DNA of 64,000 nt from an uncultured Chlorobiaceae bacterium (lineage in GTDB: Bacteria; Bacteroidota; Chlorobiia; Chlorobiales; Chlorobiaceae). This document shows, piece by piece, positions 21,265 to 29,950 of the stretch (the stretch's first letter is position 1; each line of letters begins with the position of its first letter). The stretch is taken from the NCBI GenBank assembly GCA_903859055.1, contig CAIOLC010000102.1:2170-66169 (forward strand). Reading direction: 5' to 3'. The notes beneath the pieces were generated by a model, which searched no databases, was not told where the DNA came from, and was given only the letters and a program-made list of their open reading frames with translations. The position numbers and the translations under genes are program-made.

Positions 21265-23682
21265 TCATTTTACCGCAAAATTTACAAGTTTATCTGCAAC
21301 CACGATCTCACGAAGAATTGTTTTGCCGTCAAGAAATTTGAGAGCCGTTTCAACTTTTTTTGCTTCAGCAAGCAGAAACTCTTTCGGACTTTTCGCCGGT
21401 GCAGAAAAGGTGCCTCTCAGCTTTCCGTTAATCTGTACGGCTATGGTCAAAACAGTATCCTCAACCAGTACTGGTTCATAAGAGGGGAAAGATATCCTGC
21501 TGATTGACGTGGAGTGACCCAGAGCCTCCCACAACTCCTCTGCAATGTGTGGAGCGTAGGGCGCAAGCAGGACGAGCAGTGTTTCAATCGCGGTCCGATT
21601 ATTGCAACCACTCTTGTGCAGTTCGTTGACAAAGACCATCATCTCAGAGATGGCGGTATTGAATTTGAGACTTTCGGTATCCTCGCCAACTTTTTTGATG
21701 GTTTTGTGCATACGTCTCAGCAACTCGTCGGGTATTGAGTCCAGGGAGAGTGCTGCCATTTCACCCTCAAAGGTGGGATAAACCAGTCGCCACACTTTTC
21801 CAAGAAAACGGCTGATGCCTTCGATGCCGTTGGTGTTCCATGGTTTTACCTGTTCAAGCGGGCCAAGAAACATTTCGTAGAGTCTGACTGCATCAGCACC
21901 ATAACGTGTAAGGACATGGTCGGCGGGGATGACATTGCCGCGTGATTTGGACATTTTTTCATTGTCTTCACCAAGAATCATTCCCTGATTAAAGAGTTTC
22001 CTGAATGGCTCTTTTGTGCTGACCACGCCAAGGTCAAAGAGCACCTTGTGCCAGAAACGGGCATAGAGCAGGTGGAGCACAGCATGTTCGGCACCACCGA
22101 TGTAGAGATCGACATTCATCCAGTAGCGCTCCTGCTCGGGGTCGACCAGTTGCCGACTGTTTTCAGGATCGATAAAGCGGAGATAGTACCAGCAACTTCC
22201 CGCCCACTGCGGCATGGTGTTGGTCTCTCGTCGGAATGCGCCGTGTTCATCTGTACCGTAGAGCCAGTGCGGAATATTGGCGAGTGGTGATTCACCGGTT
22301 GATGATGGATGATAGGCCTCGACCTCCGGCAGCACAAGAGGCAGTGCTCTCTCTGGCCGAAGGATCCCATCTTCATAATGCTTGATGGGAATAGGTTCTC
22401 CCCAATAACGCTGGCGGCTGAAGATCCAGTCACGAAGTTTGTAGTTCACCTTTCTTGTGCCGAAACTTTTTGTTTCAAGCCATGCAGCCATCCGATCGAA
22501 TGCTTCAGCACAAGCAAGTCCGTCAAGCGAAATTTCAGCGTTGGCTGAGTTGATGCAGATGCTGTTTTTATCCTCAAAAACAGCATCCTGAACATCATGG
22601 GGGCTTTTGATCACCTCAAGAATTGGCAGGTGGTACTGCTTGGCAAACTCCCAGTCACGGAGGTCGTGGGCTGGCACCGACATGATAGCTCCTGTGCCGT
22701 AGCTGATCAGCACAAAGTCGGATATCCAGACCGGCAGTGGCTCGCCTGTTGCGGGGTTGATGGCATAAGAGCCGGTAAAGACACCTGTCTTCTCTTTCTG
22801 AAGGCCGGTGCGTTCGAGCTCAGTTTTCAGCTTGGCCTGGCGGATAGAGTTTTTTACCTCAACCAACTGCTGCGCGGTGGCAAGCTTTTCGGCAAGCGGG
22901 TGTTCCGGTGAAATGACAAGATAGGTTGCTCCGAAAAGGGTATCTGGCCGTGTTGTATAGACCCTCAGTTTCTTGTTGTGGCATCGCAGCTCAAAATCGA
23001 TTTCAACTCCTTCCGAGCGGCCAATCCAGTTGCGCTGCATCTGCTTCACATTATCCGGCCACTCAAGCTCGTCGAGATCAGCAAGCAGGCGGTCGGCATA
23101 GGCGGTGATTTTCAGCACCCACTGTCGGAGAGGTCGGCGGATAACGGTATAGCCATCAGCTATTTTTTCTTCCACCTCCTCATTTGCCAGCACCGTCTTC
23201 AGCTCTTCGCACCAGTTGACATCCACCTCCGACATATAGGCGAGTCCTCTGTCGTAAAGCTTCAGAAAAATCCATTGGGTCCATCTGAAGTATCCTGAGT
23301 CGGTCGTGTTGATCTCGCGAGACCAGTCGTAAGAGAAGCCCATTGCCTGCAACGTGCTCTTGAAGCTGCGGATATTCTCTTCCGTGGTGATTTTCGGGTG
23401 TGTGCCTGTTTTGATGGCAAACTGCTCTGCGGGAAGTCCAAACGCATCCCAACCCATGGGATGGAGTACATTATAGCCGCAACTGCGTTTGTAGCGCGCC
23501 ACAATATCCGAAGCGGTGTAGCCTTCGAGATGGCCGACATGGAGCCCGGTGCCACTGGGGTAAGGGAACATGTCGAGTACATAGTATTTCGGCTTGGCGG
23601 AATCATCTCCGGTTTTAAAGCTGTTTTCTGCCTGCCATCGGGCCTGCCACTTTGACTCTATTGAGGAAAAATCGTATTTCAT
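21265..23682 (-). CDS. leuS: Leucine--tRNA ligase
   Basis: MFPYPSGTGLHVGH, WIFSRQRYWGEP, KMSKS. Confidence 0.98.
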   Translation of the reverse strand: MKYDFSSIESKWQARWQAENSFKTGDDSAKPKYYVLDMFPYPSGTGLHVGHLEGYTASDIVARYKRSCGYNVLHPMGWDAFGLPAEQFAIKTGTHPKITTEENIRSFKSTLQAMGFSYDWSREINTTDSGYFRWTQWIFLKLYDRGLAYMSEVDVNWCEELKTVLANEEVEEKIADGYTVIRRPLRQWVLKITAYADRLLADLDELEWPDNVKQMQRNWIGRSEGVEIDFELRCHNKKLRVYTTRPDTLFGATYLVISPEHPLAEKLATAQQLVEVKNSIRQAKLKTELERTGLQKEKTGVFTGSYAINPATGEPLPVWISDFVLISYGTGAIMSVPAHDLRDWEFAKQYHLPILEVIKSPHDVQDAVFEDKNSICINSANAEISLDGLACAEAFDRMAAWLETKSFGTRKVNYKLRDWIFSRQRYWGEPIPIKHYEDGILRPERALPLVLPEVEAYHPSSTGESPLANIPHWLYGTDEHGAFRRETNTMPQWAGSCWYYLRFIDPENSRQLVDPEQERYWMNVDLYIGGAEHAVLHLLYARFWHKVLFDLGVVSTKEPFRKLFNQGMILGEDNEKMSKSRGNVIPADHVLTRYGADAVRLYEMFLGPLEQVKPWNTNGIEGISRFLGKVWRLVYPTFEGEMAALSLDSIPDELLRRMHKTIKKVGEDTESLKFNTAISEMMVFVNELHKSGCNNRTAIETLLVLLAPYAPHIAEELWEALGHSTSISRISFPSYEPVLVEDTVLTIAVQINGKLRGTFSAPAKSPKEFLLAEAKKVETALKFLDGKTILREIVVADKLVNFAVK

Positions 23683-23920
23683 GTATTCTTTTTGGGTGAA
23701 ACGATAGAAGCAATTATGTTATAAGAAACTATAAGCAGTGGCAGTAACATCAGGATCAACAAAAGCTATACAGCAATGTTACAAGTTTTCAATAATCCCT
23801 TTTTTGATATCCTCTCCATACTCCGTTAATGGAGCGGGAATTTAAACATAAAGAGGGAAAGTGAGAGAATAGTATTTTCGGGAGGATGAATATTTTTGCT
23901 TTTGTGAAATAGTACATTTC

Positions 23921-24589
23921 CTACCGACTTCTTTTCCCGAAACCCTGCCCCGGTCGCCCATGTCCCCCTGTTTCTTCTGGAGCAATAAATTCATAGACTT
24001 TTTCGGCTGTCATCTTATTGGCGACAGCGATTTCAGTCAGAGTCTGCTCTTCGGAAACAACGGTTAACCCCGCTTGTTCCAGCTTTGCTTTCAAGGCGGC
24101 AGCGTCACCGCCCAGCCCTGGTTGCTCTGCCAGTTGCGTAAGGTTCATAAGCTCTGCATGTGGAACAGGGGGTTGCTTTTCCTGACGTTCCCAGGAGCCG
24201 GAAATTGAATCGCCTAACTTGATCACTGACGAGAAGGGCTGGAGGCCAAAGTAAGTCCCTGTTCCAAACAACAAGGAGAGAGCAATTATGACGAGCAGCT
24301 CCCTGGGATTGTTAAGCCCAGCACTGGTTTTGGATTTCAGATAGCAGAGGAAGGCTTTCCAGTTGATAAAAAAGAGGTGGAACAGAGAGAGGATTAAAAA
24401 GGAAAAGCCGAAGATGATATGCTGGTGCTGCCATCCCCTTTTTGTTAAACCGATTATTTGCCAGTCAGTCCAGTTGGCGACTCTTCCGTGAGGAGAGATA
24501 TAGAGGATTACCCCTGAAACCAGCATCATGAAAAGCGCGATGAAAAGGCCGAAGCTGATAAAGACCCGCCAACTGAATGATTTTTTCAT
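23921..24589 (-). CDS. DUF4405-like membrane protein with conserved His (possible heme b binder)
   Basis: MKKSFSWRVFIS, SGVILYISPHGRVANW, WQHQHIIFG, LFHLFFINW; its ATG overlaps the upstream TGA. Confidence 0.75.
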   Translation of the reverse strand: MKKSFSWRVFISFGLFIALFMMLVSGVILYISPHGRVANWTDWQIIGLTKRGWQHQHIIFGFSFLILSLFHLFFINWKAFLCYLKSKTSAGLNNPRELLVIIALSLLFGTGTYFGLQPFSSVIKLGDSISGSWERQEKQPPVPHAELMNLTQLAEQPGLGGDAAALKAKLEQAGLTVVSEEQTLTEIAVANKMTAEKVYEFIAPEETGGHGRPGQGFGKRSR

Positions 24590-24819
24590 GGCTTGGTGAT
24601 TGCTGGTTTCCATTGACTGGTCGTATGGCACACAGAGCAGTTCGCCTGCGTCTGGCGGTGCAGATTATCATCAGGCTGGTCACGTTTATGACACCTGATA
24701 CACTGCGATGAAGCATTCAGCCTTCTGTGGTCGAAGCTTGCGTGCTGTTCAGTGGTTTTTGCGGCATTTGCAGCAGAGCTGAACAGCATGGCTATCGTGA
24801 TAAACAATAATCTCTTCAT
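24586..24819 (-). CDS. Exported diheme c-type mini-cytochrome
   Basis: Signal peptide MKRLLFITIAMLFSSAANA; CIRCH and CSVCH; extra His in FDH and NLH; GAGG RBS. Confidence 0.85.
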   Translation of the reverse strand: MKRLLFITIAMLFSSAANAAKTTEQHASFDHRRLNASSQCIRCHKRDQPDDNLHRQTQANCSVCHTTSQWKPAITKP

Positions 24820-24843
24820 GGCATCACACCTCTTGATTTTGTA

Positions 24844-25257
24844 TTACCGATTCATTCCTGCGCCTCGCCCCATTCCCTGCCCCATTCCCATATTCGGGTT
24901 GTACTGATCCCATACCCATTCAGCTACGGCGCGTAATTCAGCATCCGGCAGCGTGAGGGCAGGCATAAGACCAAATCGGGTAATGGCTTGAGGGTCAATT
25001 GCGCTGTTTTTGTTCGGTGATTTCAGGTAAGCAACAATGTGATTCATACCCTCTTTTTTTGTCTGGAACTTCAGATGGTAGCGGTTAGCGAGCGGCATAA
25101 TTGGCGGGGCAGCTTTTGGCGGGGGCATCACGGAATGGCAGACACTGCAACTTCTGGTAAAAATCTCCTGGCCACTCAATGCTTTAGCTGATACGATTGG
25201 CGGTGAAAACCCTGACACCAAACCGGACAGAATACAAACGGACAGAACTCTTTTCAT
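24844..25257 (-). CDS. Exported class I monoheme cytochrome c
   Basis: AGGAG RBS before the ATG at 25257, signal peptide, CSVCH, distal Met in RFGLMP. Confidence 0.88.
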   Translation of the reverse strand: MKRVLSVCILSGLVSGFSPPIVSAKALSGQEIFTRSCSVCHSVMPPPKAAPPIMPLANRYHLKFQTKKEGMNHIVAYLKSPNKNSAIDPQAITRFGLMPALTLPDAELRAVAEWVWDQYNPNMGMGQGMGRGAGMNR

Positions 25258-25655
25258 GATTATTCTCCTGTTACTGTTTACCCATCTTATCGACCTGATC
25301 AACTCTTTATTGTCAATACATATTCGATTAATAATGCGGTAATATAGTCATATTTGAATCAGAGGTATTGACTTATATACGCATACTGTTTGGTCTTCAC
25401 CATTTTTAGTGCAAGTTCTCTACTGAATACGACGATTTTTTCAGTAGAACCGTGCGTAACTGTTTTATCTATTTTCTCCAACCATTTACAGGAAAAAAGC
25501 AAAAGCTTTTGAGAAGCGAGGTACCTGAAGGCTGAAATCAGGATATTGGGAGTCACGTCATGGGATGACCCCGTTTAGCGTAAAAAAACTGGCTATTCAA
25601 AAAAAAATCTCTATACCGGCACAAACAGTTGATCGATAAATAAAAATTCGCGATA

Positions 25656-25684
25656 TTTATACCAATAGGGGGTATGGGTATAAA
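25656..25684. promoter_or_regulatory. CsoR/RcnR/CstR-type operator inside a symmetric TTTATA-N17-TATAAA promoter-like element
   Basis: TTTATACCAATAGGGGGTATGGGTATAAA: ATACC-N7-GGTAT dyad with a G5 tract. Confidence 0.6.
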
Positions 25685-25776
25685 GCATCCCCATTTACCC
25701 ATAGAAAGTACGCTCTGTCATTCATATTGATAATGTGGAGCCATGAACCGAAAAATTTCAGATAAAGTGAAAACCT

Positions 25777-26142
25777 ATGAAAAGCTCTCTTGAAGTGAAC
25801 CCCGCTGCGGCCCTTGCCATGATTCAAAAGGGAGCATTGCTTGTTGATGTACGCGAATCGCGTGAAATTGCCGAAAAGTCATTTGATCTGCCGGATGTTA
25901 TCCAGATTCCTTTGGGTGAAATGAAAAGCCGGTATCGTGAAATACCTGAAAACCGTCAGGTAATTGTGGCCTGTCGCAGTGGTAGTCGCAGCATGATGGC
26001 AACCAGCTTTCTTGCGGGGAAGGGATACAGCAAAGCAATGAATATGCAGAACGGAATAATGGGATGGGAAAGGGAGGGGCTGCCACTCAAAACACAACCG
26101 AAACAAGCAGGAGGAGGATGGCTGCAACAGATATTTGGGTGA
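25777..26142 (+). CDS. Single-domain rhodanese (sulfurtransferase)
   Basis: LLVDVRE, active-site loop CRSGSRS, GIMGWEREGLP. Confidence 0.93.
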   Translation: MKSSLEVNPAAALAMIQKGALLVDVRESREIAEKSFDLPDVIQIPLGEMKSRYREIPENRQVIVACRSGSRSMMATSFLAGKGYSKAMNMQNGIMGWEREGLPLKTQPKQAGGGWLQQIFG

Positions 26143-26180
26143 AAATGAGAATAAATGCACATTCACGTGTATAGAGAAAG

Positions 26181-26225
26181 ATGTGCAAAGCAACGCTTAA
26201 CGCTACTCCATGTTGCTTTGCACAT
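26181..26225. terminator. Hairpin between the convergent rhodanese gene and the sqr operon
   Basis: Perfect 14-bp inverted repeat ATGTGCAAAGCAAC / GTTGCTTTGCACAT, 17-nt loop. Confidence 0.7.
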
Positions 26226-26252
26226 GCTTTAAGGATCCCCCCTTACCGGTTG

Positions 26253-26411
26253 TCAGGAGTGTCCGCCAACGACAACCCTCATAATCTTGACATTTAACAC
26301 AACAAATCGAACAAGCTGCCACAGCAGGTTTTTCCGCCAATAGAGTATCCCTTTTGATGGTACCGGCGGATAAGCTTCATCGTAATATGCTTTAACTTTA
26401 TTGGTGCCCAT
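26253..26411 (-). CDS. 52-aa small protein directly downstream of sqr (not in the ORF track)
   Basis: Hand translation MGTNKVKAYYDEAYPPVPSKGILYWRKNLLWQLVRFVVLNVKIMRVVVGGHS; starts 35 bp after the sqr stop and ends before the hairpin. Confidence 0.75.
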   Translation of the reverse strand: MGTNKVKAYYDEAYPPVPSKGILYWRKNLLWQLVRFVVLNVKIMRVVVGGHS

Positions 26412-26446
26412 AGTATTTCATGTTTGATGTTATCATTATACAACAG

Positions 26447-27901
26447 TTATTCAGGAATTAACCACCAGAATGGATAACCCTTTGCTTTATGGAAAAAGAG
26501 ATAGTGCAGGATTACTTTCAACCAGTGCCCTGCCAGACCAGCCTCTCCGAGAGAGTAGTTCATATCGCGACCCCATTCAGGATATTTGTCCCAGTCAGGA
26601 ACAACAGGAAAGAGGGTCATTGATGCGCCGAGTCCATCCAATGAACCAAAACCCGCTGATACAACACATGCGGCGCCCATTCTGCTCATTGAGGCTTTAT
26701 GGCGATGCTCTTTGGCCCCCTGAATTTGTTCAGCAATATTCAGTGCTACAATTTTACCCATAACACCTGCAGGCATACCAGTTCGCGGTGCTGTCGGAAA
26801 AATCTGACGGCCACTCGGGCTTGCCATGGGTTTGGAAATAGGATGCGGAGGGGCAAAGGCTATGCCAGGAGCATAGATATTTTTGTAGAGAGGATTCTGG
26901 TAAAGAGAGGGCCAGTCATCAGCCTCCCACTCCTCAAAAGGTTTTGCCTCATAATTTGCATCAACTTTCATAAACTTGTTTGGCGCAAACATCTTTTCGG
27001 TAATTTCGACTCCAATCTTGTCATAAGCCGTCAGACCAGCTCCTGAAAATGAGGGGATGAGCATGGCGAAGTCAAATTCCTGAATACACTCTTTACCATC
27101 CAGTGTTTCATAATATGCCTTGCCTGGTTCAACCCTGTGAACTCCGGCTCGTTTTATCCATTTGATACCATATTCGGCCATGAGGGATTCAGTGAAGACC
27201 TTCGTCGGAGTGTAATAGCCCCCCCTGTTAATAAAAGCACCTGCCATGCCAAAATCACCCAGCTCATACTCATTGGAGATCCAGGTGATCTGCGCCATAT
27301 TACTCAGACCCCGTTTTGAGATCTCCCAGGCCACATTCAGAATGTATTCAAAGGCTGCCCCCTGGCAGGTTGCCATTGCATGGCCCGTGCCGATCAAAAT
27401 GCGCTGCTTCTTGCCAGCCTGCATCTTTTTGATATTGTCCTGAAGATGTTCCCATGCGTGGGCCGCATGGTCGTATGTACAAACTGAAAAAGTGTTCTTG
27501 TCGGGACCGAGCCCCTCGGTTGCCTCAAAATTCAGCTTTGGACCGGTGGCATTGACCAGAAAATCATAGTCAACCTTTTCGCGTTCTCCCTTTCTCAACA
27601 GGTCGGTGTACTCAATGGTCACATACCCTTTCTTGATTTCACTATCCCCTTCCGGGTGTATTGCAACAGCTTTGGCCTGCTTCAGGATGATGCCCCAGCG
27701 GTTATAAACTTTTTTCAGTTCAAAGCGGACATCATCAATTTTCATCTGGCCAACACCAACCCAGATGTTTGACGGAGTCCACTGATAGTAACTGTTTGGG
27801 GTAACGACAACAACCTCATGCTGTTTGCCAAGTTTCTTTTTGAGAAAAGAGGCTGCGGTATGTCCTGAAACACCTGCTCCTAAAACTACAACTTTTGCCA
27901 T
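26447..27901 (-). CDS. sqr: Sulfide:quinone oxidoreductase, type IV (SqrD/SqrX-like)
   Basis: VVVLGAGVSG FAD motif; Cys in SVCTYDH, ATCQGAAFE and GAACVVSAG; PRTGM; C-terminal GHWLK...YPFWWLIPE. Confidence 0.93.
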   Translation of the reverse strand: MAKVVVLGAGVSGHTAASFLKKKLGKQHEVVVVTPNSYYQWTPSNIWVGVGQMKIDDVRFELKKVYNRWGIILKQAKAVAIHPEGDSEIKKGYVTIEYTDLLRKGEREKVDYDFLVNATGPKLNFEATEGLGPDKNTFSVCTYDHAAHAWEHLQDNIKKMQAGKKQRILIGTGHAMATCQGAAFEYILNVAWEISKRGLSNMAQITWISNEYELGDFGMAGAFINRGGYYTPTKVFTESLMAEYGIKWIKRAGVHRVEPGKAYYETLDGKECIQEFDFAMLIPSFSGAGLTAYDKIGVEITEKMFAPNKFMKVDANYEAKPFEEWEADDWPSLYQNPLYKNIYAPGIAFAPPHPISKPMASPSGRQIFPTAPRTGMPAGVMGKIVALNIAEQIQGAKEHRHKASMSRMGAACVVSAGFGSLDGLGASMTLFPVVPDWDKYPEWGRDMNYSLGEAGLAGHWLKVILHYLFFHKAKGYPFWWLIPE

Positions 27902-27982
27902 AGAGACTCCAGCTTTTAAGTGGTTTTGAATGATGTTCTGATCTTCTGGGTTGTGCGGCAGAATTACTCAACTGTCAGTCGT

Positions 27983-28186
27983 TTACTTGAACGCATGACC
28001 GGACTCGATGCCAACAGCCTTTAAAATTTTGGCCACAGGGCAAAAGCCGGTAAATGCTGCCTGAAAAAGGTTTGCACCTACAAAGCCGGTAAACCAGAGC
28101 CAGTTCGGGTTGTGATAGAGAGAGAGTAAAACGCTTGAAAGCACAAAACAGCCTGCAATTGCAAAGACGATACGATCGATATTCAT
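27983..28186 (-). CDS. DUF2892 (YgaP-like transmembrane domain) protein
   Basis: [12 protein letters not shown], two TM helices, [16 protein letters not shown]. Confidence 0.88.
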   Translation of the reverse strand: MNIDRIVFAIAGCFVLSSVLLSLYHNPNWLWFTGFVGANLFQAAFTGFCPVAKILKAVGIESGHAFK

Positions 28187-28237
28187 ACGGGTGGGTGTTA
28201 ATGATTATGGATTATGGAACTCTCTCAAGATTTCTGT

Positions 28238-28912
28238 TTATTCATTATCCCGGGTCGCTGATTCTTTTTTTGTTGCCGTAACAAGAAATACTGGATATGC
28301 TGCCGTAAAGCCTGCTCTGTTTGTTTTGTTGAAGGTGTATATGGTCTCAAACGACTTCACCTCCAGACCGGCACCATGCAGTAACGCAGCAAGCTTCGTA
28401 CGGTCAAATCCGTGATGAACCTTTTCAAGCGGGTCGTCATGAAACAACCCATCTTCCATGTCAAGATCAGCCAGTGCGAGAGTGCCGCCGGGAGAGAGCA
28501 GAGTGGAGAGGCGGTTCAGAAACCCTGCCGTGTCATCAATATGGTGAAGCGTCATGCTGCTGTAAATCAGCTCAAAGCTGCTGTTGTGCAGAGCGCACTC
28601 AGATGGTGATGAGAGATTTATACAGCTTGCCTCAATGCTCTCTATGCCCGATGTTCTGATTTTCTCCTTCAGCACGGCGAGCATCTCACGGGAGGTATCA
28701 ATTGCCCGGAGGGTTTTCACCAACGGAGCAATTTCCATGGTGAGCAGACCTGTGCCGCATCCGAACTCCAGAGCATGCATGGTTTTGTTCGGGCTTGTTG
28801 CAGTAATGATTGCTTTGGCAACAGTGAGAGCAACCGCTCTGCGTTGAGGATTTGCGTCCCACTCGGCGGCTTCGCGATTAAATTTTTCTGAACTGTTCCA
28901 GGTGCCGGACAT
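28238..28912 (-). CDS. Class I SAM-dependent methyltransferase
   Basis: LEFGCGTGLL, IDTSREML, YSSMTLHH, LSPGG. Confidence 0.9.
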   Translation of the reverse strand: MSGTWNSSEKFNREAAEWDANPQRRAVALTVAKAIITATSPNKTMHALEFGCGTGLLTMEIAPLVKTLRAIDTSREMLAVLKEKIRTSGIESIEASCINLSSPSECALHNSSFELIYSSMTLHHIDDTAGFLNRLSTLLSPGGTLALADLDMEDGLFHDDPLEKVHHGFDRTKLAALLHGAGLEVKSFETIYTFNKTNRAGFTAAYPVFLVTATKKESATRDNE

Positions 28913-28952
28913 AGTGATAAGTGTAGAAATTATAAAAGAGTAAAAAGAGCCA

Positions 28953-29420
28953 TCAGGGCTGTAAATCAGAGATGCACCCACCCTTCCGTTTAAGGGATGC
29001 GCCGCAGTGAGGGCACAGTGTCTCTCTGCAAGGCTCTCCCTTCAGGTGCGGCAGCTCAAAGCTGCATGCAGGACAAACACAAATATCAGGACGGTTAGTT
29101 GGAAAAGAGTCACAGAGAGAGCGTACAACTCCCCCCTGGATACAGAGTTGTTTGCCGCCAACAATGGCTTCTGCAACTTTTTTGCGGGCAGCTTCAAGAA
29201 TACGGCCAAAGGTTGGGCGCGATACATTCATCTGCACCGCAGCCAGAGCCTGATATAAACCCTCCTTGTCGGCCAGCCTGATAGCTTCGAGCTCGTCAAC
29301 AGTCAGCATCACGCTTTCCAGCACGTCGGGCGATACCCCTTCGGGCTGGAAACAGGTTACCTTCGGTAGCTCCCGGACACAGCGGCAGAGTGTAGGCCGT
29401 CCTGCTCGATTGGTTGTCAT
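28953..29420 (-). CDS. DUF134 (UPF0251) putative DNA-binding protein with a Cys-rich C-terminal tail
   Basis: GRPTLCR, ELEAIRLAD.EGL.Q...A..MNVSRPTFGRIL..AR.KVAEA; tail CVCPAC...CRETLCPHCG. Confidence 0.85.
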   Translation of the reverse strand: MTTNRAGRPTLCRCVRELPKVTCFQPEGVSPDVLESVMLTVDELEAIRLADKEGLYQALAAVQMNVSRPTFGRILEAARKKVAEAIVGGKQLCIQGGVVRSLCDSFPTNRPDICVCPACSFELPHLKGEPCRETLCPHCGASLKRKGGCISDLQP

Positions 29421-29445
29421 AGCCTGAGTTTGGAAAAATTAGGTT

Positions 29446-29847
29446 TTACCGGGTAACTGCTTTAACAATAAACTCAGGCGGATCCATAATGTGCTTTTTA
29501 ACCGCGCAGAGATTGGCTGCACTGATAACCGCATCCTTGTATTTTTCAGGAAAATCCGGTGGCAGCTCAATGGCGATTTCGATTTTTCCAATGCCCTTCC
29601 CCGACTCTTTTGAAAAATGTGATTGAACAAGCCGGATGCCCCCTGTCGGGATGCCTCTGCTCTGGCAAAAAGAGAGGACAAAAATACCTGCACAGGTTCC
29701 GATTGATGCAAGAAAAAGGGAAAAAGGCTCAGGAGCTGAACCCTCTCCACCAGCATATTCCGCCTGATCGGTATGAATGGTAAAGCCATTAAAGTCGGCA
29801 TTCACCTTTTTCCCGCCTCCGAACGTCACGATCATTTCGCTATTCAT
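29446..29847 (-). CDS. OsmC-like protein
   Basis: TDQ...GGEGSAPEPF.LFLAS.GTCAG and LCAVKKH (two Cys). Confidence 0.87.
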   Translation of the reverse strand: MNSEMIVTFGGGKKVNADFNGFTIHTDQAEYAGGEGSAPEPFSLFLASIGTCAGIFVLSFCQSRGIPTGGIRLVQSHFSKESGKGIGKIEIAIELPPDFPEKYKDAVISAANLCAVKKHIMDPPEFIVKAVTR

Positions 29848-29889
29848 GATAAAGAGTAGTGACAATAGTTGCTTTAAAACTTTAGTAAC

Positions 29890-29918
29890 ATTATAAGCAT
29901 AAGCTCATAACAAAGCAA
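29890..29918 (-). promoter_or_regulatory. Sigma70-type promoter with a 20-bp dyad filling the spacer
   Basis: Minus strand TTGCTT-N17-TATAAT; dyad TTATAAGC-ATAA-GCTCATAA at 29891-29910. Confidence 0.6.
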
Positions 29919-29950
29919 CCCGCCAAGGCTGTTTTCGGTACTAATCGAAA

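Noticed and set aside
25359-25556. 65-aa ORF upstream of the cytochrome operon
   Set aside because: No motif or RBS; looks like AT-rich promoter DNA.
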